Counted from the stretch's first letter, positions 9,332-20,570 are shown. The stretch is 32,000 nt of DNA from Pseudoalteromonas tetraodonis (GCF_002310835.1 NZ_CP011042.1:90001-122000), one strand, 5' to 3'. The notes: generated from the sequence alone by a model not told the origin. Numbers and translations are program-made.

Positions 9332-10033
9332 ATGAGTACTCCGCATATCAGTGCAAACGTAGGTGATTTTGCCGAAACAGTATTAATGCCAGGCGATCCG
9401 CTACGCGCACAATATATTGCTGAAAACTTTTTAGATGATGCAGTGCAAGTAACCGGCGTACGTAACATGTACGGCTTTACTGGAACTTACAAAGGTAAGC
9501 CAGTGAGCATTATGGGTTCTGGCATGGGCATTCCTTCAATGTCAATTTATGCTCGTGAGCTTATTGTCAGTTTTGGCGTTAAAAATATTATTCGTATAGG
9601 TACCTGTGGTGGTATTGGTAGCGATATTAAAATTCGCGACGTAATTTTTGCACAAGGTGCAAGCACAGATTCAAACGTAAATCGTGCCCGCGTTCGTGGC
9701 ACTGACTTTGCTGCCATTGCTAACTTTGACCTACTTTTAAACGGCGTAAATGCAGCTAAAGATTTAGGTATTGATGCAAAAGTAGGCAACGTATTTACTA
9801 CCGATACTTTTTATCAAGCAGACGACACGTTTTATAAAGATCTAGACAAACTAGGTGTACTCGCTGTTGATATGGAAACAGCTGGCTTATACGGCGTAGC
9901 AGCAGAATACGGTGCAAAAGCAATGGCATTATTTACCGTCAGTGATCATGTAATCACCGGCGAAGCAACACCTGCAGATGAGCGTCAAACCACGTTCAAC
10001 GAAATGGTTAAAATTGCCCTAGAGTCAATTTAA
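9332..10033 (+). CDS. deoD: Purine nucleoside phosphorylase, DeoD type
   Basis: 233 aa. [61 protein letters not shown] and [16 protein letters not shown] are collinear with E. coli DeoD. Confidence 0.95.
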   Translation: MSTPHISANVGDFAETVLMPGDPLRAQYIAENFLDDAVQVTGVRNMYGFTGTYKGKPVSIMGSGMGIPSMSIYARELIVSFGVKNIIRIGTCGGIGSDIKIRDVIFAQGASTDSNVNRARVRGTDFAAIANFDLLLNGVNAAKDLGIDAKVGNVFTTDTFYQADDTFYKDLDKLGVLAVDMETAGLYGVAAEYGAKAMALFTVSDHVITGEATPADERQTTFNEMVKIALESI

Positions 10034-10120
10034 TTAATCTCTTAGGTTAACAACAGTTCCTTGGTAACGTATTCACTAAGTTTTGGAGACACGCCCAAAG
10101 TGAAGTGAGACTAAACCCCC

Positions 10121-10147
10121 AAAGCCGCATTTTATGCGGCTTTTTTT
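10121..10147 (+). terminator. Rho-independent terminator after deoD
   Basis: AAAGCCGCAT-TTT-ATGCGGCTTT followed by a T-run. Confidence 0.8.
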
Positions 10148-10173
10148 ATGCCTGAAATTTAGGTGTGAGATTC

Positions 10174-10334
10174 GGGCCTCGGGGTGCGGGCCACGGGTTT
10201 CGAGCTACGGGCTTTAGGTTTCAGGTTCTAGGTTAAAGGTCAAAGGTTAAAGGTCAAAGGTTTTAGCAGTAGCTCGCAGCTCGTCACTCGAAGCCCGTTG
10301 TCTTCTCATTTACTCTCATTCACTTCTCTGTGTT
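10174..10334. repeat. Degenerate tandem array with a 7-bp period
   Basis: In one phase it reads gggcctc ggggtgc gggccac gggtttc gagctac gggcttt aggtttc aggttct aggttaa aggtcaa aggttaa aggtcaa aggtttt, then decays (gctcgca gctcgtc actcgaa ...). Confidence 0.7.
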
Positions 10335-10365
10335 TAAACAAGAAATTAGACTTAGACGTTAGATA

Positions 10366-10451
10366 AAATGCGCGAGGTAAACTTCCGCCTACTGATATGG
10401 TTACCTTCTAAATTTATTTTAGGCGGGGCTTTATGCCGCGCAAGGTCATTA
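10366..10451. repeat. REP-like imperfect palindrome, copy 1
   Basis: GCGCGAGGTAAACTTCCGCCTAC ... TAGGCGGGGCTTTATGCCGCGC. An 86-bp unit repeated at 10632-10717. Confidence 0.8.
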
Positions 10452-10631
10452 ATTTAAAAAATATTTACCACCGAGAACACTGAGTTTACAGAGAAATGCT
10501 TAAAAAATACCAATCTACCTCTGTGTAGCGCAAAGCGCCTCGGAACCCTCTGTGGTGAAAAATTGTTTTTAGCAGTAAGTGCCTTTCGTAGCAGCGATTT
10601 TATATCGCGTCAGGTCTAGGATATTAAACAC

Positions 10632-10717
10632 AAATGCGCGAGGTAAACTCCCGCCTACTGATATGGTTAACTTCTGAATTTACTGTAGGCGGAGCTTTAT
10701 GCCGCGCAAGGTCATTA
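10632..10717. repeat. REP-like imperfect palindrome, copy 2
   Basis: GCGCGAGGTAAACTCCCGCCTAC ... GTAGGCGGAGCTTTATGCCGCGC. About 6-7 differences from copy 1. The same GCGCGAGGTAAACTC motif recurs inverted at about 25782-25800 and 26223-26241. Confidence 0.8.
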
Positions 10718-10769
10718 TTCACAAAGAGGACAAAGAGACGCTGCGCTAAAAGAGTAGATTAAAGGTCTC

Positions 10770-10824
10770 AGGTTTTAGCACTAGCTCGATACTCGTCACT
10801 CGTAGCTCGCTGTCTTCTCATTTA
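10770..10824. repeat. 55-bp direct copy of 10258-10312 (heptamer-derived segment)
   Basis: aggttttagcaCtagctcgATActcgtcactcgTagcTcgCtgtcttctcattta differs from the 10258-10312 copy at 7 positions, counted by eye. Confidence 0.75.
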
Positions 10825-10904
10825 TTTCCCTGTCAGTATTTATAACTTAATGCTAATGTTTAAGTTATAAAACTTGCTTTTAAAATGAACCACTTTAAAG
10901 TTTT

Positions 10905-11510
10905 AGCTGATAGCTGATAGCTGATAGCTGATAGCTGATAGCTGATAGCTGATAGCTGATAGCTGATAGCTGATAGCTGATAGCTGATAGCTGATAGCTG
11001 ATAGCTGATAGCTGATAGCTGATAGCTGATAGCTGATAGCTGATAGCTGATAGCTGATAGCTGATAGCTGATAGCTGATAGCTGATAGCTGATAGCTGAT
11101 AGCTGATAGCTGATAGCTGATAGCTGATAGCTGATAGCTGATAGCTGATAGCTGATAGCTGATAGCTGATAGCTGATAGCTGATAGCTGATAGCTGATAG
11201 CTGATAGCTGATAGCTGATAGCTGATAGCTGATAGCTGATAGCTGATAGCTGATAGCTGATAGCTGATAGCTGATAGCTGATAGCTGATAGCTGATAGCT
11301 GATAGCTGATAGCTGATAGCTGATAGCTGATAGCTGATAGCTGATAGCTGATAGCTGATAGCTGATAGCTGATAGCTGATAGCTGATAGCTGATAGCTGA
11401 TAGCTGATAGCTGATAGCTGATAGCTGATAGCTGATAGCTGATAGCTGATAGCTGATAGCTGATAGCTGATAGCTGATAGCTGATAGCTGATAGCTGATA
11501 GCTGATAGCT
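10905..11510. repeat. Perfect heptanucleotide microsatellite (AGCTGAT)n, ~86.5 copies, 606 bp
   Basis: Uninterrupted agctgat units from 10905 to 11510, with no variant unit seen by eye. Ends 28 bp upstream of the fpr ATG. Confidence 0.97.
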
Positions 11511-11538
11511 AAAACACGTTTTACACTCTGGAGTAATT

Positions 11539-12282
11539 ATGTCTAATTGGATTGATGCCACAGTAAAGTCAGTTAAATGGTGGAATGAATCGTTATTTAG
11601 CTTAACGGTTAACGCCGATGTAGAACCGTTTAAAGCAGGGCAATTTACAAAGCTTTCTGTTATGGACGGTGAAAAACGCATTGCTCGTGCTTACTCGTAT
11701 GTTAACGCACCAGATGATCCAAATTTAGAATTTTATTTAATTAATGTAGTCGATGGCCAATTGTCATCGCATTTAGCACAACTTACCCCAGGTGACACTG
11801 TACTAATAGAGCGCCGTGCTAGCGGTTTTTTTACCCTTGACGAAGTGCCAGCGAGTGAACAACTTTGGATGCTTAGCACCGGCACCGCTATTGGCCCGTT
11901 TTTATCAATATTGCAGCAAAGTGAGGTATGGCAAAAATACAAACATATCAACTTAGTGCATGGGGTGCGCCTAAATAGCGATTTAAGCTATCAGGAGCTA
12001 ATTAATAAGTTATTAAAGGCTCATCCTGGGCAGCTTAATTATGTGCCAGTAGTTAGCCGTGAGGAGCCTTTACAAGGTTTAGCAGGGCGAATAACCACAG
12101 TGATAAAAAATAACGCGCTATCTGAACATGTGGGGCTGTGTGCTACCCCCAATAATGCACAGTTTATGTTGTGTGGTAATCCACAAATGGTTAAAGATAC
12201 CAGTGAGTTATTAGTGGCTCAAAACTATAAGCGTAATCGTCGAAAAGAGCCGGGGCATATTACGGTTGAGCAGTATTGGTAA
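11539..12282 (+). CDS. fpr: Ferredoxin/flavodoxin-NADP+ reductase
   Basis: 247 aa. FKAGQFTKL, RAYSYVNAPDDPNLEFYLI, WMLSTGTAIGPFLSIL, MLCGNPQMVKDT and a C-terminal ...EQYW are collinear with E. coli Fpr. Confidence 0.93.
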   Translation: MSNWIDATVKSVKWWNESLFSLTVNADVEPFKAGQFTKLSVMDGEKRIARAYSYVNAPDDPNLEFYLINVVDGQLSSHLAQLTPGDTVLIERRASGFFTLDEVPASEQLWMLSTGTAIGPFLSILQQSEVWQKYKHINLVHGVRLNSDLSYQELINKLLKAHPGQLNYVPVVSREEPLQGLAGRITTVIKNNALSEHVGLCATPNNAQFMLCGNPQMVKDTSELLVAQNYKRNRRKEPGHITVEQYW

Positions 12283-12372
12283 TGAGCTATAACGCTATAA
12301 TAACTATCTCATGAGGGTAAAATTTGCTATGTTGCGCGTTAATTGCATTTTGTCTTTGTACTTAGGAAAACC

Positions 12373-13074
12373 ATGAAACCTTCATTCATTATATATGCGT
12401 GTTTATTCGCCGCTTTCACATTAAACTGTCATGCTATAGAGCAATCGGCATCATCAAACAATGCTGAACTGACACAGCCAGAAAAAGTACAGCCGCAACA
12501 AGATGCACTTGATACGTTAACTCAAGAGGCTAACATACCTAAACAACCCGATGTAAAGAAAGTGACTGCAGATGATTCTAAAGTACTTGGCAGCGAATCA
12601 ACGAAGCCGGTTGAACAGCCTAAAAGTAAAGTAGATAAAGCACAAGCGGTCGTCGAGGCTGAGCAAGCAGTGACGCAAGCAAAAGAGGCACTTACAGCAA
12701 GGCAACAAGCCAAAGCAAAACAGTCTCGTGAGTCACTTGCTGTTATAGAGCAATTAGTTAAAGCCTACAACGCGCGAAACATTGAAGAATTTATTCGTAT
12801 GTATGATGAAGATGTTGAGTTTTATATTTTCCCGAATGAGCTATTATTTAAAGGTAAAGAAAAATTAATTGCGCGTTATGGCATTATGTTTAAAAAGCTA
12901 AAGTGTCTTCACTCATCACCTATTAAGCGTATTGTGCATGGTGACATTGTGATTGACCATGAGCTATCAGAAACCTGCTCTAACGATCCGAACGTGATAG
13001 ATAAACGTTCAGAGCTTATTTCAAGCTATCAAATTAAAGATGGCAAAGTGGTTAGGGTATTATTTTTTAGGTAA
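12373..13074 (+). CDS. Secreted protein with low-complexity linker and NTF2/SnoaL-like C-terminal domain
   Basis: ATG 12373 is preceded by AGGAAAA, and a signal peptide MKPSFIIYACLFAAFTLNCHA follows. A Q/A/K-rich region comes next, then ...VKAYNARNIEEFIRMYDEDVEFY... The 12343 TTG start in the ORF track is less likely. Confidence 0.6.
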   Translation: MKPSFIIYACLFAAFTLNCHAIEQSASSNNAELTQPEKVQPQQDALDTLTQEANIPKQPDVKKVTADDSKVLGSESTKPVEQPKSKVDKAQAVVEAEQAVTQAKEALTARQQAKAKQSRESLAVIEQLVKAYNARNIEEFIRMYDEDVEFYIFPNELLFKGKEKLIARYGIMFKKLKCLHSSPIKRIVHGDIVIDHELSETCSNDPNVIDKRSELISSYQIKDGKVVRVLFFR

Positions 13075-13083
13075 TTATTAATT

Positions 13084-13404
13084 ATGCAGCTAAGTGACGA
13101 GAAAAAAATTCGTGTAATGTATCGTGTAGAGCCTGGCTGTTTAGGCCCTGAGGGCGCAGACCACATTGAAGACTTTTGTCGCTTTGCGAACAAGCATATT
13201 AAGTCGCCTTATTATGCGCAGTTATTATTTTTACCTCGATACGATAAGCAAAAAGATGAGCGGCAATACAGCGTTAAAAACCGCAACTTATCTCAAGTGC
13301 AGGCTAAAGCGTATTTAAATCATTTTGAAATCAACATAGAAGACTTTGAAGAGCAGCTCGACGAGCTGCTTACTAAGTCAATAGACTTATACTTTAAACG
13401 CTAA
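13084..13404 (+). CDS. Hypothetical cytoplasmic protein (106 aa)
   Basis: An intact ORF 9 nt after the preceding gene, on the same strand. No family recognised. Confidence 0.5.
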   Translation: MQLSDEKKIRVMYRVEPGCLGPEGADHIEDFCRFANKHIKSPYYAQLLFLPRYDKQKDERQYSVKNRNLSQVQAKAYLNHFEINIEDFEEQLDELLTKSIDLYFKR

Positions 13405-13490
13405 GCTCTATTGACCTTTGTAGATTGATATTTGTTTAATCTAGAGGCAGCTTAATTGCGGCGCGAGCTTCTAACCTAGTGGGGTCGATA
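13402..13490. repeat. Partial, inverted copy of one end of the 271-bp TIR element
   Basis: taagctctattgacctttgtagatt...gcggcgcgagcttctaacctagtgggg aligns at roughly three quarters identity by eye with the reverse complement of 15226-15315. Confidence 0.55.
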
Positions 13491-13603
13491 ACTGCGCCTA
13501 AGTTATTCTACTGGCTTACATCCTTGTAATAATAAGTAAAAACTGAGCAAAACTTTCGCGTTCTGCTCACGCTTTTTACCACCCTCCCTGTAGGCAACGA
13601 AGT

Positions 13604-14488
13604 TTAGGCTTCGTTTGAAACTATCGCATTAAAGCTGTCGTTATCATGCAGACTGGCAAAGGCACTTTCATGAAGTAGCTCGTTTCGTAAGTTGGGTGAG
13701 TATTCAAGCGACATTTTTATATCGGCTAGAGCATCTGCATGCTCATGCGTTAAAGCATACGCACAGGCGCGCTGCCAGTATGCGTAACCATAGTCGCTAT
13801 CTATATCAATTGCTTGATTACAAAGCTCAATAGCTTGCTCAGTCTCATTTAATTCTAATAAAGCATCCGCTTTGTAGGCAATGGCTTCTACATCTTCTGG
13901 TTTACGTTTTAAAATTTCATCGAATATTTCAATTTTATTCGCAATATCACTTTCAAGGTTGGCTCGCATCCATAACGAATGAACTTCATTAGTGATTGAT
14001 ATGCGTTCTTGGTTACTGAGTATTTCTTCAGAGCGTACTCGCAGTTTTTCTTCTAATATTTTCAAGCGATCTTCATACTCATCAGTAATAACACTCACTC
14101 GGGTGTTTACTATATCTTCTACTTTGTTCTTTACATCACGTAACGAGTTCCAGCCCACTAATACCAAAATAGACGCGGTGGCGGTAATAATAAAAAATAC
14201 ATTATTAATGGTATCTGTGGTGTAGGTAAGCGCCCGATCGGCAGTGTCTAACTGTGCATGCGTAACTTGTTTGGTCACGTCTTCACGCAGTTTTTGTTGA
14301 TCTTGGCGAACCGACTTTAATTCATCGAGAATATAACGTTCAAGTAATGGTTTGTACAAAGGGGCTTCTAGCTGTGCTAATTCACGCTGTTGTTGCTCGT
14401 TGAGTGCTTCGGTGTTTTTATCAGCAGCTTGCACCGCAGATGAAAAAACACCAATAAATACAATAAATAGTAAAAAATAAAAACGCAT
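13604..14488 (-). CDS. Membrane-anchored coiled-coil / TPR-repeat protein
   Basis: 294 aa. N-terminal signal MRFYFLLFIVFIGVFSSAVQA, an internal hydrophobic segment, and C-terminal TPR-like AIELCNQAIDIDSDYGYAYWQRACAY. Confidence 0.7.
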   Translation of the reverse strand: MRFYFLLFIVFIGVFSSAVQAADKNTEALNEQQQRELAQLEAPLYKPLLERYILDELKSVRQDQQKLREDVTKQVTHAQLDTADRALTYTTDTINNVFFIITATASILVLVGWNSLRDVKNKVEDIVNTRVSVITDEYEDRLKILEEKLRVRSEEILSNQERISITNEVHSLWMRANLESDIANKIEIFDEILKRKPEDVEAIAYKADALLELNETEQAIELCNQAIDIDSDYGYAYWQRACAYALTHEHADALADIKMSLEYSPNLRNELLHESAFASLHDNDSFNAIVSNEA

Positions 14489-14606
14489 TGATATGCCTAG
14501 TTAAAAAATTAGTTAATCGCTTTGTTAACTTTAACATGCGCACATCATTGGTACTAGGGTGAGGATAGGGAAGCTGGAATTAACTCAAAAATCCTTTATT
14601 ACAGGC

Positions 14607-14640
14607 AAAAAAAATCCAGCCCAAGTTGGGCTGGAAAAAA
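14607..14640 (-). terminator. Orphan intrinsic-terminator-like hairpin
   Basis: TCCAGCCCA-AGT-TGGGCTGGA flanked by A8 and A6. On the minus strand the hairpin is followed by a T8 run. No ORF of 60 aa or more lies upstream of it on that strand. Confidence 0.5.
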
Positions 14641-15044
14641 CTACATCAACATATCAAGGGAACAATAGGAGATAGGTGCTATTGTAAGTTTGCCTACCTG
14701 AATTTTTACTTAACTAAATTCAAATAGATAAAAATTAGAAAGAAATAAAGGTGCATAAGTAACTTATACACCTTTTATAACTATAATTTCATGGCGAAGG
14801 GGGGTATTCCACTGTGCACTTAAGAAAACCTAAGTCACTTTCAAACCCTTCATCGTACATTACGTGGCTATTTTTAATAACGATCATCTATTTTATAAAA
14901 AGTTTTAATATTTATTTACGCTAAGCACAAACATTGGCTGCATCATCATATTTATAAATGAGAGTAATCGTTTTAAAGCATTACTTTGCCCTAGCGTATC
15001 AAAGCAGCTACACGTATATTGAATAAGCAGAGACCATAAACGTC

Positions 15045-15315
15045 ATTAGGGTCTGTTGACTTTTAAGGTTAAATTTGCAGTAGTCTGTTTGGTATTTAGG
15101 CAAGGCAGAGCCTATGTGGTGTGGTTATTCCCCATAAATAGGCGATAACGCAGCATCAATTCCAAACAGGCGCTGCCCGAAGGGTTCTGCCCAGGGGCGA
15201 TTTACTCTTTGTTGCTCGGTTTTGACTTAGCCCACTAGGTTACAAACCTCGCGCCGCGATTAAACCGCCCCTAGTTTGAACGAATTTTAATCCACAAAGG
15301 TCAACAGACCCTAAT
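15045..15315. mobile_element. 271-bp non-coding element with perfect 16-bp terminal inverted repeats
   Basis: ATTAGGGTCTGTTGAC at 15045-15060 and its exact reverse complement GTCAACAGACCCTAAT at 15300-15315. A partial relative lies at 13402-13490. Confidence 0.7.
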
Positions 15316-15368
15316 ATAATGGCAAAAAAATAACAGCGCTCCCAATTGGTGAATACCAAAAGCAGTAA

Positions 15369-17588
<2,220 letters not shown>

Positions 17589-17606
17589 ACCTAAGTAAAA
17601 TTTATA

Positions 17607-17631
17607 AAGGAGCAGCAATGCTCCTTTTTTT
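17607..17631 (+). terminator. Rho-independent terminator after katG
   Basis: AAAGGAGCA-GCAA-TGCTCCTTT followed by a T-run. Confidence 0.8.
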
Positions 17632-17640
17632 ATATTATTT

Positions 17641-17724
17641 AGGTTAAAGGTTAAAGGTTAAAGGTTAAAGGTTAAAGGTTAAAGGTTAAAGGTCACGAGC
17701 TGCGGGCTGCGAGGTGCGAGTAAA
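17641..17724. repeat. Heptamer array: (AGGTTAA)x7 followed by 5 degenerate heptamers
   Basis: Seven exact aggttaa units (17641-17689), then aggtcac gagctgc gggctgc gaggtgc gagtaaa in the same phase. Confidence 0.9.
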
Positions 17725-17940
17725 ATGCAGTGTCTATAAAATCGCTGCTGCAGGATAGTAGTTGGCTTTTTTATTTCCTCTAAAAGCGCAGCGTCTCTTA
17801 ATCTCTGTGGTGAATAAATAACTTAAAACCTATTTGCACAAAGAGCAAAGAATGAGAGCAAACAAAAAATATAGTTTTTCTTTGCCTTTTTTATAAATAA
17901 ATTACCAATTGCGTTTGAATTGATACCAAGCAAAATTCTG

Positions 17941-18010
17941 CCGAACCCCGAACCCCGAACCCCGAACCCCGAACCCCGAACCCCGAACCCCGAACCCCGA
18001 ACCCCGAACC
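17941..18010. repeat. Heptamer array (CCGAACC)x10, equal to (GGTTCGG)x10 on the minus strand
   Basis: Ten exact units spanning 17941-18010. Confidence 0.95.
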
Positions 18011-18023
18011 CAAATTACAGGCA

Positions 18024-18055
18024 CAAAAAACGGCGCTTAAACAAGCACCGCTTTT
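18024..18055 (-). terminator. Rho-independent terminator downstream of the ABC-F gene
   Basis: The minus strand reads AAAAGCGGTGCTT-GTTT-AAGCGCCGTTTTTT (the stem has two G-U pairs). Confidence 0.6.
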
Positions 18056-18094
18056 AAATGGTTTAGGCTATTTCTTTAACCTTTAACCTAGCAC

Positions 18095-19696
18095 TTAAGC
18101 TACTTTATTTTCTTCGCAGCTTGCTAGGTATTCGTCAAACGTACCTTGAAAGTCAATTACCTGCTTGTCTTTAATATCAACAATACGGGTTGCCAGTGAC
18201 GATACAAACTCACGGTCGTGGCTTACAAAAATAAGCGTGCCTTTAAAGTCTTTTAGCGCATTGTTAAGCGCTTCAATGGCTTCCATATCCATGTGGTTAG
18301 TTGGTTCATCCATTATCAGTACGTTAACGTCTTGCATCATTAACTTACCAAATAACAAACGGTTTTTTTCACCACCTGAACAGTTACGCGCTTTTTTATT
18401 TGAATCGTCTGCGGTAAATAATAAACGCCCTAACATACCACGAACCATTAAATCGTTGTGCTTAGCGGTGCGCCACTGCGACATCCAATCAAACAAGGTT
18501 AAATCGTTATCAAAGTCTTTGGTGCTGTCTTGTGGGCAATAACCAAACGTGGCGTTTTCTGACCACTTAACTTCGCCTTCGTTGCTTTTAAGCTCGTTAA
18601 CTAAACAGCGTAAAAAGGTGGTTTTACCCACGCCGTTTTCGCCGATAACCGCCAGTTTAGCACCGGCTTCGAGTAGTAAATCACCACCAGTAAATAACGT
18701 TTCACCGTCAAACCCATGGCCAAGCTTGGTTAGCTCAAGCGCTTGGCGATACATTTTTTTGCCCTCATCAAAGTTGAGTGATGGGCTCATACGACTCGAT
18801 GACTTAACTTCATCAAGCTTAATTTTATCCATTTTTTTAGCGCGCGAGCTGGCTTGTTTCGCTTTAGAGGCGTTAGCACCAAAACGGTTAACAAAGTCTT
18901 GTAACTCGTCTATTTCAGCGCTCTTTTTCGCGTTTTCAGCAAGTAATTGCTCGCGTTGTAAGCCTGAAGCTTCAAGGTACTTTTCGTAGTTACCTGGGTA
19001 AATACGCAGCTCACCGTAATCAATATCGGCCATGTGAGTACATACCGAGTTTAAAAAGTGACGGTCATGGGAAATAATGATCATGGTGCATTTACGTTGG
19101 TTAAGCTCATTGGCAAGCCACGTAATAGTATGAATGTCCAAGTTATTAGTAGGCTCATCAAGTAGCAAAATATCAGGGTTTGCAAATAACGCCTGTGCTA
19201 ACAGCACACGTAATTTCCAACCTGGGGCTACGTTTGCCATTAAGCCATAATGAAACTCTTTATCGATACCCGCATCAAGCAGAATTTCTTCTGCGCGGCT
19301 TTCTGCGGTGTAACCGTCCATTTCAGCAAATACGCTTTCAAGCTCGGCTACTTTCATGCCGTCTTCTTCACTCATTTCAGGCAAAGAGTAAATACGGTCG
19401 CGCTCTTGTTTTACTTTCCAAAGCTCCACATCGCCCATAATTACCGCATCAACCACGCTGTATTGTTCAAACGCAAACTGATCTTGGCTTAGGTTACCTA
19501 ATTTTAGCCCCGGCGTAATAGACACATTACCTGCACTAGGCGTAAGCGCACCGCTTAAAATTTTCATAAATGTCGACTTGCCGCAGCCGTTAGCGCCAAT
19601 TAAACCGTAACGGTTACCGTTACCAAATTTAGCTGAAATGTTTTCAAACAACGGCTCTGCGCCAAACTGCATCGTAATATTTGCGGTGGAGATCAA
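18095..19696 (-). CDS. ybiT: ABC-F family ATPase with two ABC domains and no TM domain
   Basis: Near-collinear with E. coli YbiT: ..[42 protein letters not shown].., two Walker A sites, two LSGGE-type signatures. I place the start at TTG 19696 (AGGA 9 nt upstream), which reproduces the YbiT N-terminal length. The longer 19765 start adds a non-homologous hydrophobic extension. Confidence 0.9.
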   Translation of the reverse strand: MISTANITMQFGAEPLFENISAKFGNGNRYGLIGANGCGKSTFMKILSGALTPSAGNVSITPGLKLGNLSQDQFAFEQYSVVDAVIMGDVELWKVKQERDRIYSLPEMSEEDGMKVAELESVFAEMDGYTAESRAEEILLDAGIDKEFHYGLMANVAPGWKLRVLLAQALFANPDILLLDEPTNNLDIHTITWLANELNQRKCTMIIISHDRHFLNSVCTHMADIDYGELRIYPGNYEKYLEASGLQREQLLAENAKKSAEIDELQDFVNRFGANASKAKQASSRAKKMDKIKLDEVKSSSRMSPSLNFDEGKKMYRQALELTKLGHGFDGETLFTGGDLLLEAGAKLAVIGENGVGKTTFLRCLVNELKSNEGEVKWSENATFGYCPQDSTKDFDNDLTLFDWMSQWRTAKHNDLMVRGMLGRLLFTADDSNKKARNCSGGEKNRLLFGKLMMQDVNVLIMDEPTNHMDMEAIEALNNALKDFKGTLIFVSHDREFVSSLATRIVDIKDKQVIDFQGTFDEYLASCEENKVA

Positions 19697-19838
19697 AAAA
19701 AGTAATCCTAGAAAATTAATGGCAGGGTTAAGCTGCAGCAAGGCGCCGCATAAATAAACAAGCAATAGAGTAAATAATAGGCCGCGAATTATACAGATCC
19801 GCGCTTCAAGATGAAAGGTAAAAGAATAATCTACGGGT

Positions 19839-20570
19839 TCAGTAATGTGGGTAAATGGCTTGTATAGCGGATTTATTTTGCTTAATTAACTCATTTATAG
19901 CTTGTAACTCTATTTGGCTAATGGTTTTTTTACTTAGCATTAAATGAATAGAACTCTTATTGATGGCCGCCATATTAGTAACCGCTTCTATTGCTGGGTA
20001 TTGGTTTATAAAATATTGCGCTGCTAGTTCGTCTTCAATTGCGTAATCAACTCTATTTTTATTGAGCATTGCAAAACGTTTCTCGGCGGTAGGCATCATA
20101 ATAACGTTAGCGAGGTGGTTCTGTTTAAACAGCTCAAACGCAACGCCATAATAACTGCCACGGTTAACCGCCAAGGTTAAATCTTTATAAAAAATATCGC
20201 TAATGTTATTTAAATCAGGCGATTCGGTGTATTTATACAGGCGAACTACTTCATCACGATAGGCATCGCTAAAATAGGCAAAATCAGCTCTTGCTAATGT
20301 TTTACTCGCGGCAAAAATAACATCAATACGGCCTTCTTTTAATTCTTCAAAAGCGCGCGATGAGGTAGGCAGCAACATAAATTTTAAACAAAAAGATGAG
20401 CCGTTAAAAATCGTGTTTAACACGTCAATTTCAACGCCCGTCAGGTTACCGTTAACGGCAGTTACATAGGGTGGCCAATTGTTTTCATTTGTGCCTACTT
20501 TAAGTGTTTTAAAGCAAGCAAATACGTTACAGCTGCTAAGCAGTAATACAACAAAAGCGATTTTAAGCAT
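19839..20570 (-). CDS. Periplasmic solute-binding protein, family-3-like (orphan)
   Basis: 243 aa. Signal peptide [23 protein letters not shown]...GVEIDVL pattern of SBP_bac_3-like proteins. Confidence 0.7.
   Translation of the reverse strand: MLKIAFVVLLLSSCNVFACFKTLKVGTNENNWPPYVTAVNGNLTGVEIDVLNTIFNGSSFCLKFMLLPTSSRAFEELKEGRIDVIFAASKTLARADFAYFSDAYRDEVVRLYKYTESPDLNNISDIFYKDLTLAVNRGSYYGVAFELFKQNHLANVIMMPTAEKRFAMLNKNRVDYAIEDELAAQYFINQYPAIEAVTNMAAINKSSIHLMLSKKTISQIELQAINELIKQNKSAIQAIYPHY

Noticed and set aside
10174-10334. Telomere-like interpretation of the heptamer arrays (7-bp plant-type TTTAGGG)
   Set aside because: The units (AGGTTAA, GGGTTTC, CCGAACC, AGCTGAT) do not match TTTAGGG. The arrays are internal to a gene-dense bacterial segment, so the similarity is limited to the period.
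10905-11510. Tandem arrays (also 17641-17724 and 17941-18010) as CRISPR arrays
   Set aside because: The units are 7 bp and directly abutting with no spacers, and there are no cas genes. They are microsatellite-type repeats, not CRISPR.
10860-11681. 273-aa minus-strand ORF encoding (ISYQLSA)n
   Set aside because: It is an automatic consequence of the AGCTGAT array being stop-free on the minus strand in all frames. It has no RBS or plausible start context, overlaps the well-supported fpr start, and its ends are arbitrary flanking sequence.
14960-14990. Fur-box-like AT-rich segment (AAATGAGAGTAATCGTTTT) upstream of katG
   Set aside because: It is only a loose resemblance to GATAATGATAATCATTATC, lies over 400 bp from the katG start, and could not be aligned convincingly.
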